A stretch of DNA of 64,000 bases, taken from Eledone cirrhosa. Its lineage: Eukaryota. The DNA is taken from NCBI GenBank assembly GCA_964016885.1, contig OZ024741.1, positions 198,834,001 through 198,898,000 on the forward strand. Direction: 5' to 3'. Each line of letters starts with the position of its first letter. Position 1 is the first letter of the stretch. The position numbers and the translations under genes are program-made. Under the pieces are notes generated by a model. The model was not told the DNA's origin, made no database searches, and saw nothing but the letters and a program-made list of their open reading frames with translations. This document shows, one piece after another, positions 39,276-52,689 of the stretch.

Positions 39276-42200
39276 AGGAAATTTCTTTAAGTCGTTTGGA
39301 AGCCTCGACAATGCAGATGGGTAAATCTCCAGGTAACAAGAACCGGTGGTGGAGAGAGAGATGTAAGTGGGTGTACGTTGAGATGCGTGGCGTGTATAAG
39401 ACTATAGCGTGTAGAGGAATGAAGGAAAGAGCGTAAAGGATAAAAATAAAAATAAAATAACAACACGAGTTAGAGTTACCTTGGGAGAGATTTAATTGTC
39501 CCTATATATTTCGGATTCACATCCATCAACTGGGGTTTTTTTCCGGGGTGGGGAAAGGTTGTCTGTCGGAAAGGTGCGAAACGTGTCCTCCGCTGTTCGT
39601 TGTTTGGAATATCTGAGGTATTCAGCAGAGCGCGCGTGCGCGTGAAATGGGGTCGGTCAAGCAGAGGTCAGCGGCCGAAGTAGTTCTTTCAATTGTGGGA
39701 GTGGGGAGGCGCTAGCTGTCAGTCCATAGTATTCTCTGCTTGTTTGGTGAATGTTACTGTGTGTGTGTGTGTGTGCGTGTGTAGTTGTCTCGCTTGAGTG
39801 TGTGTGTGTTGTTGCCTTGTTCCTCTGTATTGGCAGTGTAGTATGTTCGTATGGTGGAATGCTACTGTGTGTGTGTGTGCGTGTGTTACTGTCTCGCTTG
39901 TGTGTGTGTGTGCGTGTGTTGCTGCATCGTTTGTTAACTTAAACCAACCACCTCATTTCGCTTCTCTCGGATCGGTTGTTTAATTGTGGCCCTAGGCGTT
40001 TGATCCAAAGTGCTTCCTTGATACGTAACGTACCGACGTTTCTTTCTGTTGCTAGAATTGTGACAACGGGCCTTCCGTCTTTGTTTCCGCATTTGGCTAT
40101 GTGTTTCCGGAAAGACGAGGTTAGTGTGCTCCTTGATCCGGATGTGCAACGGCCGGATTGTGCTACCTATATAGTATTGGTTGCACTTGTTACATTCTAT
40201 CTTATACACAACGTATGTGCGTAGGCAACAGTTCGCATGGCGCATCGGGCAGTCTCCGAGGGAGCACGTGTCAGTTGATTTCCCGGGTTTCCTGGAGAGG
40301 CATCTTCGCAGGGAAGGAGCCAAGTGGGCCAGGTGGATATCGAGGCCCTCCCTCCGTATAGCCTTGCGGATAGCGTTGGTGGTATTCTCGCCCAGGTGTG
40401 GAATTTTAAGGAAGCACTTGCCTTGGGTGCCTCTCTGTCTCTTGTGTCTGGTGTCTCCTATTCTGTCTGTGAGCGAGGTAGGGTACCCGTTCGTCTCCAG
40501 CACCTCAAGGAATCACTTGGTATGAGTGACACCACTTGCGGGGTCGCTGCAGCTGTTTTTAATTCGCGCGATCTCGTTCGTGATGTATCCTCTTATGGCA
40601 CTGTTAGGGAGGGCGGACTTGTAGTGGACGAACAGCTCCCTGCAGGCTGCCTTTCGGTAGAAGTTGCAGTGGATCCCTCCCTGTTCCGTGATGTTGATTC
40701 GGCAGTAGAGGAGGGCAAGTGACCCGTCGTCGTTGGGGTGTTCAACACTGAAGTCAATGTTCTCGTCCGTGTTGTTGAACGTCTCATAGATTCTGTTCGC
40801 CGTATCTTGGGAAGATGTGAGGATGAGGATATCGTCCACATACCTTGAGAAAGGCGACGGCGTTGGGGTGGCAGGCGTTGAGTGCCTTGCGCTCGAGGCT
40901 GTCCATGTAAGAGATCGCTAGCACACCTGACAGGCTTGATCCCATGGGCAGTCCCGAGGTTTGTTGGTATGTTTGGTCAAGGAATCCGAAGTAGGTGTTG
41001 TCGACGACGATGGATAGGAGTTGGTGGATGTCAGTGGTGGTGAGCCCGAAGCAGTGTAGGTCGGTGGATTGGACGCGTTCCATCAGTATATTAACGGCCG
41101 GGAGTGCCGGGACCGAGGTGTAGAGAGCGACTACATCAAGGCTGAAGGCATATCTGTTATTCCTTCTGGTGTCGGGATCCATTTGATGCAGGCGCTTCAA
41201 CACCTCATCGGAGCTGTTAACGTGTCCCGGCAAGGTGTCTAAGATGGGTTTGAGTATTCTGGCTAGGAGCCATGAAATTTTGTAGAGTGGTCCTTCCACG
41301 CTCGATACAATGGGTCTGATCTTCAGGTCAGGTCCCTGTTTGTGTGTTTTCACGAGGTGGTAGAAGGCGGGTAGTCTGCTGTTCCTCGTGAGGAGGTTAT
41401 ATCTCAGCTTCTTCGGGAGCTTCCGCCGGTCGCAGATGTTGGTCCAGGCGGCGTTCATGTGCTCTTCTATCTGCGCGGGAGTGATTCCCGTGACCTTGGA
41501 GTAGAGGTTGTCATCGTCAAGGTGTTGGAGGGCCAGGGTGTTGTAGGCCTCTCTGCTGATGACACAGAATTCTTTTCCCTTGTCGGAGGGGAGGTAGATG
41601 CGGTTCTTCGATTTTAGGTTGGAGAGACTGGTGAGTTGAGATTTGGTGAGGTTGTGTGTTGTGCGTGTGTGTGTGTGTTTGTGAAGTATATCTGAGATGG
41701 AGTGTTTTAACCTGATGAGTTTAGTGTCGAGTTCGTGGTTGGTGGGGGGGGGGGTAAGTGGGGAACTTGGGGGGGGTTGCGTAGGCGCTGTTATTTTCTG
41801 TGGCGCTGTTGAAGGCGGTCACCCATTTAAGTTGGTAAGCGGCTCGACAAAAGTTGGCCTCGATGTCGAGTTTAAGTCTGTCGTCGAGTCGTTGTGAGAC
41901 GATGAACTTGGGTCCGAGGTGTAGGAGTTTCAGCTCGTCGCTCGTGAGAGTGCCGGTTAGGTCGGTGACCAGGTGCGTTGCATCGTTGAGGTGTGGCTCG
42001 GTGTTGGTGGATGCGGCGTGGCGGTTGTTACGTTGTTGTTTTCCACGTGGTTCTGGTCCGTCTGTTCGTTAGTGTCGATGTTCTCGTTGTGGAGTTTAGA
42101 CAAGATCCACTCATATTTCCGCTTGAGCCGTTTTTTCTCGTATTGGACTCTGGAGTGGTAGCATTGGTCGATTGCTTTAGTGATTTTCAGGAGCAAGTCG

Positions 42201-42789
42201 CCGGGTGTTATTGAAAGTCGATGTGTCCGCTCTGACAGTGTCCGCTTATGGATGTGTAATTGGCGGTTGAGATGTCTCAGGATCTGTTTAATACACGTGC
42301 GATGTATGCGGTTAGTGGTGTTTTGGAAAGCTGGTGTACGTAGGCTTACTGGTAAGCGGATGTTCCTGATGGTGTTGGGGATGACATCGTTTTTTAGGCA
42401 GCGTTTCAGGAAAATAATTTGACAGCCAGCATTGGCCCATTTCTCCGAAAGTCTAAACAGTTCCTTTGCGGAAGCAAACAATTCCTGGCTCCGGTGTAAG
42501 GTCGTGTATAAGATAGAATGTAACAAGTGCAACCAATACTATATAGGTAGCACAATCCGGCCGTTGCACATCCGGATCAAGGAGCACACTAACACCAGGG
42601 CCTCGTCTTTCCGGAACACATAGCCAAATGTGGAAACAAAGACGGAAGGCCCATTGTCACAATTCTAGCGACAGAAAGAAACGTCGGCACATTACGTATC
42701 AAGGATCAAACGCCTAGGGCCACAATTAAACAACCGATCTGAGAGAAGCGAAATGAGGTGGTTGGTTAAAGTTAACAAACGATGCAGCA

Positions 42790-42829
<40 letters not shown>

Positions 42830-43459
42830 GCATTCGACCATACGAATATACTACACTGCCAATACAGAGGAACAAGGCAACAACACACACACACTCAAGC
42901 GAGACAACTACACACGCACACACACACACACACAGTAACATTCACCAAACAGGCAGAGAATACTATGGACTGACAGCTAGCGCCACCCCACTCCCACAAT
43001 TGAAAGAACTACTTCGGCCGCTGACCTCTGCTTGACCGACCCCATTTCACGCGCACGCGCGCTCTGCTGAATACCTCAGATATTCCAAACAACGAACAGC
43101 GGAGGACACGTTTCGCACCTTTCCGACAGACAACCTTTCCCCACCCCAGAAAAACCCCCCAGTTGATGGATGTGAATCCGAAATATATAGGGATAATTAA
43201 ATCTCTCCCAAGGTAACTCTAACCCGTGTTGTTATTTTTATTTATATTTTTATCCTTTACGCTCTTTCCTTCATTCCTCTACACGCTATAGTCTTATACA
43301 CGCCACGCATCTCAACGTACACCCACTTACATCTCTCTCTCTCCACCACCGGATCTTGTTACCCGGAGATTTACCCATCTGCACTGTCGAGGCTTCCAAA
43401 TGACTTAAAGACATTTACCTTATTATTCCACAATCCTTCAAGCAAACTTCAATACTCTC
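39276..43459 (-). mobile_element. Near-complete Penelope/Poseidon-type PLE with ~0.9-kb inverted terminal arms (39276-40212 / 42500-43419)
   Basis: N-terminal FLKRCLKNDVIP (41957-42497); RT FYHLVKTHK..IRPIVS, SLDVVALYTSVP, GLPMGS, YVDD across a frameshift; GIY-YIG VVYKIECNKC..YYIGST.RPLH.RIKEH. Both ends are in TA-rich microsatellite. Confidence 0.93.
43157..43192 (+). ncRNA. Minimal hammerhead-like motif with non-canonical core (mirror copy 39500-39535, minus strand)
   Basis: CCC / CAGUUGAU / GGAU-GUGA-AUCC / GAAA / UAUA / UA / GGG. Confidence 0.6.
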
Positions 43460-43558
43460 ATATATATATATTTATATATATATATATATATAAGTAGAAG
43501 GGGTATTTAATTTATTGGAAGTCTAACAAATATAAATGTTTATAACTGATTTAGAGCA

Positions 43559-43617
<59 letters not shown>

Positions 43618-43833
43618 GGTCTTGGATGCTTAAAGCGTCCGTATGCGGTAGGCGATATCCTTTCGTCGCAACACTGATTCTCTTTTTTCTGTGATATATA
43701 TATATATATATATATATATGTAATGCTTATATATGTTTGAGTGTATAATATATGTATTTATATGCACATATGCATGCTTGTGAGTGTGTATGTATTTGCG
43801 CATGTATCTATGTATGTATTTGTGTGTATATAT

Positions 43834-43865
<32 letters not shown>

Positions 43866-43911
43866 TTTACGTCCGCTTTTCCCTGCTTGCAAGGGTGGGA
43901 CGGGAACTGAT

Positions 43912-43954
<43 letters not shown>

Positions 43955-44179
43955 ATGTATGTATGTATGTATGTTCTTCTGGTTTTATAATTTCATAAAT
44001 TTTTGCCAATAGAGAGAGAGTCGGTTTCTAACATAGTTACAATACTCTCTCATTGGAATTTACTCAACATCAGCTAGGTGCATGCATGTGTGTGCAGGTA
44101 TGGATGTTATGGTATGTGTGGATGTGGATGTTTTGAGTTATATGTGTGCATGTGCATACGCTTTGTATCTGTACATGTG

Positions 44180-44480
44180 TATATGCAGTTATTAGATGCA
44201 ACATTTTTGGAATGTTTTACATATTTTTACTCTTCCATTAATGGATTGTACTTGTAATTTCCTAACTGTGTTCTTTCTGTTTCTGTAAAGCCCATCTTCT
44301 CAAGATTTGTATTGAGGCAGTTACTAACATATCCCAGTGTGCCAATAATCACAGGTATAAATCTGAAGGTGTAGTCAGGGTGGAGTATCTGCAGATTTCT
44401 TATTAGTTCTGCATAGATATTCTCCTTTTCGCTAATCTTTAATATTATATTGGCATCTGCTTGGCAGCTAACTTCCAATA
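44180..44480 (-). mobile_element. RLE-type non-LTR retrotransposon (R4/Dong-like) C-terminal fragment
   Basis: EVSC..NI..K..EKENIYAEL..L..FIPVIIGTLG; adjoins (TATG)n. Confidence 0.7.
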
Positions 44481-45654
44481 ATGTGCATGCCTTCTATGTA
44501 TGTATGTATGTATGTATGTATGTATGTATGTATGTATGTATGTATGTATGTATGTATGTATGTATGTGTGGTTGTATATATGTATGTATGTATGTGTGGT
44601 TGTATGTATGCATGTATGTATGTATTTGTGTATGTATGCATGTGCATATGTATGTATATATATATGTATGTATTTATGTATGTATGTGGGTATGTGGTTG
44701 GAACAGTTAGTGAGATGACCAGCCAGTGTTAGTTGAGTAAAAACAAAACAAGAAACAAAACAAAACAAATCCTCACCAAAATATCTCAAAAGTGAGATGA
44801 GGTGTCTATAAACGATATTTCATGGTGGCTGTGAACTGTGGAGTATTACTATAACTACACTAGAATTAGAGAAGATAATGTCCTTACCAATATGTACTCT
44901 GATCAAGATAAGAAAGCTGTTTATCTATTTCTTCTGCCAGCAAATAAAAACATGTTATTTAAAGATGTTAATAACGCTCTATGAATCTGTACTGGAAAGA
45001 ATTTGAACATATTCCACACTTAGAAAACATACAAATTATCAAAATCAGTAATCAGTAATCATTAAATGGAAGATCTTAAAACAACACTTCCATTTGCACT
45101 TTTTTTCATTTTCATGCTGCTTCAACAAATATGTTTTTTGGTAGAGAATTACCTATTTATGTATGTATTTAGGAAAGTGTATATGTTTGTATGTATATAT
45201 GAATATATATTTATGCATGTATATTTGTGTGTAATTATAAACTCATGTATGCAGGTATATAAGTATATAGGAAAATATGACATATATCATCATCATTGTT
45301 TAACATCCATTTTTCCATGCTTGCATGAGACAAGTTAGGTTTGGAGATCAACATGCTCATACGTATCTGTATTTTAGCTTGGTTTCAACGGTTGGATGTC
45401 TTTCCTAACACTGACCACATTACAGTGTAGATTAGGTGCTTTTTATCAAGGCACAAAAATGACCACCTAATAGAGTGTTCCTGGGCGTTTTTTGTCATGT
45501 TACCAACATCACCACCTTAAAGAGTAGACTGGGTGCTTTTTGTCATGCAACCAGCATAACCACCTTAGAGGATGGACTGAGCACTTTTGTTGTGGCACTG
45601 GATCAGCACATATATATGTATATAAATAAATATGATACACACACATACACTTCA

Positions 45655-45870
45655 CTTCTTCTTCTTCTTCTATCAGAAGCAACCATCTCCCCAAGCGAGC
45701 CCAGCCAAGCTCATAATTGTTATCAACTATCTTGCTCGGGGTCTACCCCTGGGTCTCCTGGCGGTTGGTTTTGCCTGTGAAATCTGTCCAGTGATTCTTT
45801 CCTGAGACATTCTAACCACATGTCCATAGTATTGGAGCTGTGATCTCTCAATTCAGAGAAGTAGTGGCTC
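45655..45870 (-). mobile_element. RTE (Expander-like) 3' fragment with (GAA)n tail
   Basis: ERSQLQYYGHVVRM..RRPRGRPR. Confidence 0.7.
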
Positions 45871-45874
45871 TACC

Positions 45875-46780
45875 TGAAGAGAAGGCAGACTTGGAGTCTG
45901 AGAGAACCCTCTGTAGGTAACAAATTTAGGGAAATCCTTCTTGACACCTGTGACAGTAAGGAAGAAGAGCTGAGGATATATGACAGAGAAATATTGGGAA
46001 TTTCTACAGGACAACTTGCTGGAATAATGAGCCAGATCATTGGCTGGAGAAAGGTCCCATCAAGATGGAGGGTGACATGGTGGTGGAATGACAAGGTAGT
46101 AAAAAGAGACATTAAAATAAAAAGACAAGCTTGGAGAAAATGAAAGAATGGAGGAGACAGAAAGCAGTACCAGATAGCTAGAATGGAGGCCAGGTGGCAA
46201 GTATATCTAGTGAGGGGAGACACAGAAAAGAAGAAGTTTGTACATGTTCTGTGTCATGAGGATCAGATGTGTGAAATATTCAACATTGCAAGACAGTATG
46301 CTAGAAAAAAATCATGATGTGGTTGGAGAGAAATGTGTCCAAAATGATAGCAGAGTACTTGTTCTGTCTGATGATTAAAAGAGACATGGAAGACATACTA
46401 TGAGAGACTGCTGAATGAGGAAAATGAATGGGACAGTGGGGGCTTACCCCATGCAGACCCTACAGAGGGATCAGCCATAAAAGTTGACAGCAGTATAATA
46501 GATAAAGCAATTAAGGACATAAAGGTAGGGAAAGCATTGCTGAGATGCTAAAAGCATCTGACATGGTAAGATACAAGATATTCAGATGCATAGTTAATCA
46601 AGTAGTACATGGTGTCATACACAACGACTGGTGCAGCTATGCCATTGTAAATTGCTACAAGGGCAAAGGGGATTCACTAGAGAGAAGTAACTATAGAGCT
46701 ATCAAACTGATGGACCAGATCATGACAGTTGTTGAAAGGGTTATAGAACAACTAATAAGAGATAGAATCAAATTAATAAG
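45875..46780 (+). mobile_element. Internal RTE fragment (APE-RT linker and RT start)
   Basis: VTWWWND, YKGKGDSLERSNYRAIKL. Confidence 0.8.
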
Positions 46781-47167
46781 TGGAGGGGCAACAGAGACGA
46801 TCATTCAAGACCCAAGAGTACATATAGTCCATCACAGCACTACTCCATGCTGCGGTGATATTAAAAATAAAACTTTGGCTTCATTATCAACATCATTTAA
46901 CGTCCGTTTTCCATGCTGTCATAGGTTGGATGGATCACCATGGTCTGAGATAATACATGGTTGGATAACTATATTCCATATTTTTGTATGATTTCTATGA
47001 CTGAAGGCCCTTTTTAATGTCAGCCACATTACAGAGTGTAGTGGGTGCAGTTTATCATGTATAAAACATAGGTAATGGTCATAATTTTCTTTTTTTAAAG
47101 TTGTTTTATTTCAATCCTTACTTAATAACCAATTAAGTTGTGTAATTTAAAGTTAAGGTTAAAGGCA

Positions 47168-47359
47168 ATAATTGTTTCTACTTTAGGTACAAGGCCAGCA
47201 ATTACCCAGTGCATTACTGGTACTTTATTTTATCGACCCCGTAAGGATGAAAGGCAAAGTCAACCTCAGCGGGATTTGAACTCAGATCGTAAAGGGACGT
47301 AACTATGCTGCAAAGCATGGCGTCCGACCCTCTACCGATACTGCCAACCCACCGCCCTT
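47168..47359 (-). mobile_element. SINE family A with ~22-bp TSD
   Basis: AGTTAAGGTTAAAGGCAATAAT at 47151-47172 and 47360-47381. Confidence 0.9.
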
Positions 47360-47609
47360 AGTTAAGGTTAAAGGCAATAATACTTTTTACATAGAAACAA
47401 AATCAACTATCACAACAAAAGGATATTGTTAACTGGAATAATCTCAGCATATTACTGGTATCTATTTTATGTGGACAAAATTAATTATCATAAGATATTT
47501 CAATCTAAAACTCATTATACTTTTGCTAACTTTCAGCCCCCCTCCCTCTCCTTCTCCTCCTCCTCCTCCTCATCATCATCATTTAACAATACAGCCCTCA
47601 TATAAGGCA

Positions 47610-47870
47610 CTAACCTCTCTCAAAGGGAGTGGGTGTCCTTGAATTGGCTATGCACAGGTGTCAGTCAATTCAATGCAGCTATGCACCACCACAGCAGACT
47701 GCAGAACACAGATTGAGTGAGTGCCCGGATCACCCCACCCCTGACAGTGTGGACCTCACATACCTTCACCATACCCCTCATTCCACTACAGTGAGCTGGT
47801 GGCAGCACCTGGTTGCTGTCTCATATGGATGATGAAGAAGAAGAAGAAGAAGAAGAAGAAGAAGAAGAAG
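47610..47870 (+). mobile_element. RTEX/Ingi-like LINE 3' end (degenerate zinc knuckle, (GAA)n tail)
   Basis: MHR..QC..QQTAEH.LSECP..W, then (GAA)n. Confidence 0.55.
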
Positions 47871-48412
47871 ATCCTTTAACGTCTGTTTCCCTTGTTGCTG
47901 GCAAGGGTGGTAATCAATTATTGAATCAACAAGCTGAGAATGACTCTAACATGAGTGAGTGGTACAAACTATAGTAAAATATCCATTTCTTGTAGTTTTA
48001 TTTATTTGCAAGGTCATCTTTGCATCATACTTGATGTGATGATATAAAAATAGAAGAAAATGTTATCTCTAAGACTTAACAACTGAAATACTGGCCTCTA
48101 AAGAACACTGTTGATTTAATCTGTTATAGAAGGATATTTATGGAGGGTTCCTGTAATATTATAAAGACTGAAACACCAGCCAGCATTTCATAGGTTTCAT
48201 GTTACTGAGCTGAAGATCTTTTAGTATCAACTTCCTGAGTAGAAAACTATTTGAAATATTATAAATAAGGACTCCTCTTCCCCAGAGAAAAACAAACAAA
48301 GCAAAACAAAAGGTTGTTGGATATTTGAAAGAAATATCTATTTATATATTTATTCGAATGTCTATTCATTTGTCTGTTTGTCTGTCTATCTACCTGTCTA
48401 TCTATGTATCTA

Positions 48413-49097
<685 letters not shown>

Positions 49098-49467
49098 TAT
49101 ATATAGATATATATATATTTAAAAGAGTCGAAGTCTCTTATATATTAATCATCATACACATGAAATGACATTCAAAGGATATTAATATATGGATATCAAA
49201 TTTAATGATATATCATGAAATGAAATACTCCAACACTAATTACATCATCAGATCGAGACATAGATTAAGCTTCTAAAAGTGCAACATCTTAAATTGTAAG
49301 TACTAATTTTGATATGGGAAATTATGGTAGACAAGTGCTAGAATGAGAACAACAGCTGGCCAAGGTGTTAAGATATCAACTTGCCTTTTGAACTGTCAAC
49401 CAAAAAAGGAAAGGAGTTGTTTGTCAGATCAAACCAAAGAAATAATGTTTGTGTTGGTCTTTCCATT

Positions 49468-49813
49468 CATCATCATCATCATCATCATCATTTTACGTCC
49501 ACTTTTCCCTGCTTGCAAAGGTGGGACGGGAACTGATTCTGGCTTGATTTCTACAGCTGGATGCCCTTCCTAACACCAACCTCATTTACAGTGAGTGCTG
49601 GGTGCTTTTTTGCCGTGGCACCTCCACGACCACTTTGCAGTGGAATGATATGAGCCCCAGTCCTATCATCTCATTTCTACAGCTGAGTAAACTGGAGCAA
49701 TGTGAAATAAAGTGTCTTGCTCAAGGAAACAACACATCACCCGGTCTGAGAATTGAACTCACAACCTTTCGATTGCAAGGCCAATGCTCTAACCACTAAG
49801 CCATGTGCCTCCA
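49468..49813 (-). mobile_element. SINE family B
   Basis: Reverse complement of the 48574 copy without the amplification. Confidence 0.9.
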
Positions 49814-50171
49814 TGCTGATATTATCTACTAGTCACAATTTCTGCTAGACGTAGATGGTATTTGAACTCAGAATGTTCAGAACCAGAGTAGATATTAACG
49901 CATTAATAACTTTGTCAATCAACTGGCTGGTGTTTTTTTTTATCAGCCATTGCTGAACTGGTTCTTTTTTTATTGACTCCAAAAGGATGAACGGTAAAGT
50001 TGACCTTAGTGGGATTTGAACTCAGAACAAAGTGAGCCAGAATGAATACTGAGGCATTTAATCTAATGCTCTAGTGACTGCCAATACAGTACATTAGTTC
50101 TAGCAATAAAAAAAAATCCCAATGGTTTAATCCACCTCTAAATAATCATTATAGTAATGCAAGTAATATTA

Positions 50172-50765
50172 TTTTACTCTTTCACCATTTTCGGCCATTA
50201 GACTGTGGCCATGCTAGGACACTGCCTTCAATAGTTTTAGTTGATCATATCTATTCAAGTACTTATTTTAATGCCTGGCACTTATTTCAATGATCTTTGT
50301 TTGTTGAACTGCTAAGTTACAAGAAATCAAATAACCCTGGTTGTTAAACATTGTAGACATAAACACAGACACAAACACACACACGCACACACACACAGAA
50401 ACACACACACGCACCGAAGCACAGACACACAGATACACACACATCCATAGACACAGACACACAGACACACATACATGCAGAGGCACAGATACACACACAG
50501 GTACAGGCACAGATCTACACAGACACACATACCCACCCACACACACACATAAACAAACAGACACACACACACAGGCACAGACAACACACATACACACATA
50601 CGATAGGTTTTCACAGTTTCCATCTACCAGATTTAATTCACAAGGCATTGGTCAACCCAAGGCTATAGTAGAAGGCAGTTGACCAAGGTGCCATGAAGTA
50701 GAACTAGACTTGAAACCATGTGATTGTGAAGTGAACCCCTTATTCATACAGCCATACCTGCACAT
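50172..50765 (-). mobile_element. Third SINE-like repeat with internal (CA)n tract
   Basis: Degenerate tRNA-like head at ~50700-50765; body resembles a common octopus-type repeat (from memory, unverified). Confidence 0.5.
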
Positions 50766-52109
50766 GCTAAAATACATGCTAAAATAATTCAAACAGTTGC
50801 ATCTCAGTTTTTGAGTACACCCAAACATTGCTCTTTTCTAATCTTGTTTAGTTTGAGATTACAATATTCTTGACATTCTATGAAAAGCAGCTGAAGTTAC
50901 TTTTTCTACTGATTATTAAAGCTGATGTCTCCGATAAGAAATTTGTTTGATAAAATGGATGTCATTGATGGCAATGATATTGTTGATAAGAGGATATCAC
51001 TGATAATAGAGAAAGGGGAAGAAAAAGAGGGTCTTTTCGGATATCTGCTGCCTGGCTGTATTATATTACTTAATAGGCTCAGAAAAACTTTTTGGAATTT
51101 CATCAGCCGCAGCTAATCAAAATATTCTAATATCATAGTAGTGTAACAGATCTTACTTCTTTAACTGCAAGCAGAGAATGGACCTACATTAATGTTAAAA
51201 CATTTTATTGACTATTTACTGATGACTCACTGTCCAATTCCGCAAAAATTCATAATGAATATTAACTACATTAATTTCATCCATTTGTATCTATCATCCA
51301 ATTTAATACAAGTGGTACCCTTCCCCATGATGAAAATCAGTAATAATATTTTTTTTATTGATCAAGTATGCATACAGTCTGATTAACATTTAGTCTTATA
51401 AGACTGAATCTAATGCTTCCCTTTCAACCCTTTTGATACCAAACTGCCTGAAACCACCCCTGGTTCTGTGATACAAAACTGTTTGTTTTAATAATCATCA
51501 TCATTATCATCGTTTAACGTCTGCTTTCCCTGCTAGCAAGGCTTGGACATGTCTTCATAGACCAAGTCAGTACTGAAGTGGGGTTACTGACCTCCCAGAT
51601 AAGTCAGGGGTCTGCATTTAGCTTACATATGGTCTCACATTCTATCGAGTGCAATTTCCATATCATTTTGAAAATAATTAAGAATTTGAAGATATTTAGT
51701 AATATTACTAACTTTTTCATTATCAAGCTGATGTTTGGAATGTAATTTAGCAAAGGTTCTTATATAAAATCAAGATAGAGTTTTTCGAATAGGTACCCCA
51801 TATCCCTGTATGTCGTAAGTGGAGACTAAAATGATTGGCTGTAAAACATTGTCTCTAAACATCCTGTCCAACCCCCAAACAATGATGATAATGATAATGA
51901 TACAAACACTATAAAATATACAGCTTTTTATTATAAAACCAGGGGAAGTTTCAAACGAATTGGTAGCAAAACAGTTGTTTTCACTGTTTTCTCTGATCCC
52001 AGAGTTATTATGGTAGATAAATGATAGATAAGACAGTTTGGTAGACTTCGTCACTCTTTCTTGTAGAGAATACAGCTACACTCTTATTATTATCAAATCT
52101 GAATGGCTT

Positions 52110-52685
52110 AGTGGTGGTAATAGTGGAGTGGTGGTAATGTGGGAGTGGTGGTAATGTGGGAGTGGTGGTAATGTGGGAGTGGTGGTAATGGAGGAATGGT
52201 GGTAATGTGGGAGTGGTGGTAATGGTGGAGTGGTGGTAATGGTGGAGTGGTGGTAATGGAGGAATGGTGGTAATGGGGGAGTGATGGTAATGGCGGAGTG
52301 GTGGTAATGGAGTGGTGGTAATGGTGGAGTGGTGGTAATGGGGGAGTGGTGGTAATGTGGGAGTGGTGGTAATGGTGGAGTGGTGGTAATGGTGGAGTAG
52401 TGGTAATGTGGGAGTGGTGGTAATGGAGGAATGGTGGTAATGGAGTGGTGGTAATGGTGGGGTGGTGGTAATGGTGGAGTGGTGGTAATGTGGGAATGGT
52501 GGTAATGGGGGAGTGATGGTAATGGCGGAGTGGTGGTAATGGTGGAGTGATGGTAATGGAGTGGTGGTAATGGTGGAGTGGTGGTAATGGTGGAATGATG
52601 GTAATGGGGGAGTGATGGTAATGGCAGAGTGGTGGTAATGGGGGAGTGATGGTAATGGTGGTAATGATGGAGAGGTGGTAATGAT
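52110..52685. repeat. Low-complexity minisatellite, ~18-bp unit GGAGTGGTGGTAATGGTG and variants
   Basis: Direct reading; yields HHYHHS/PPLP pseudo-ORFs. Confidence 0.9.
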
Positions 52686-52689
52686 GAAG

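Noticed and set aside
43614-43695. Short unique island in (TA)n with minus-strand CGAAAGGATATC
   Set aside because: Could be a truncated PLE tail, but no core or stems can be supported.
50880-51410. Possible ancient L1-like RT remnant
   Set aside because: Motifs are too decayed to call by eye.
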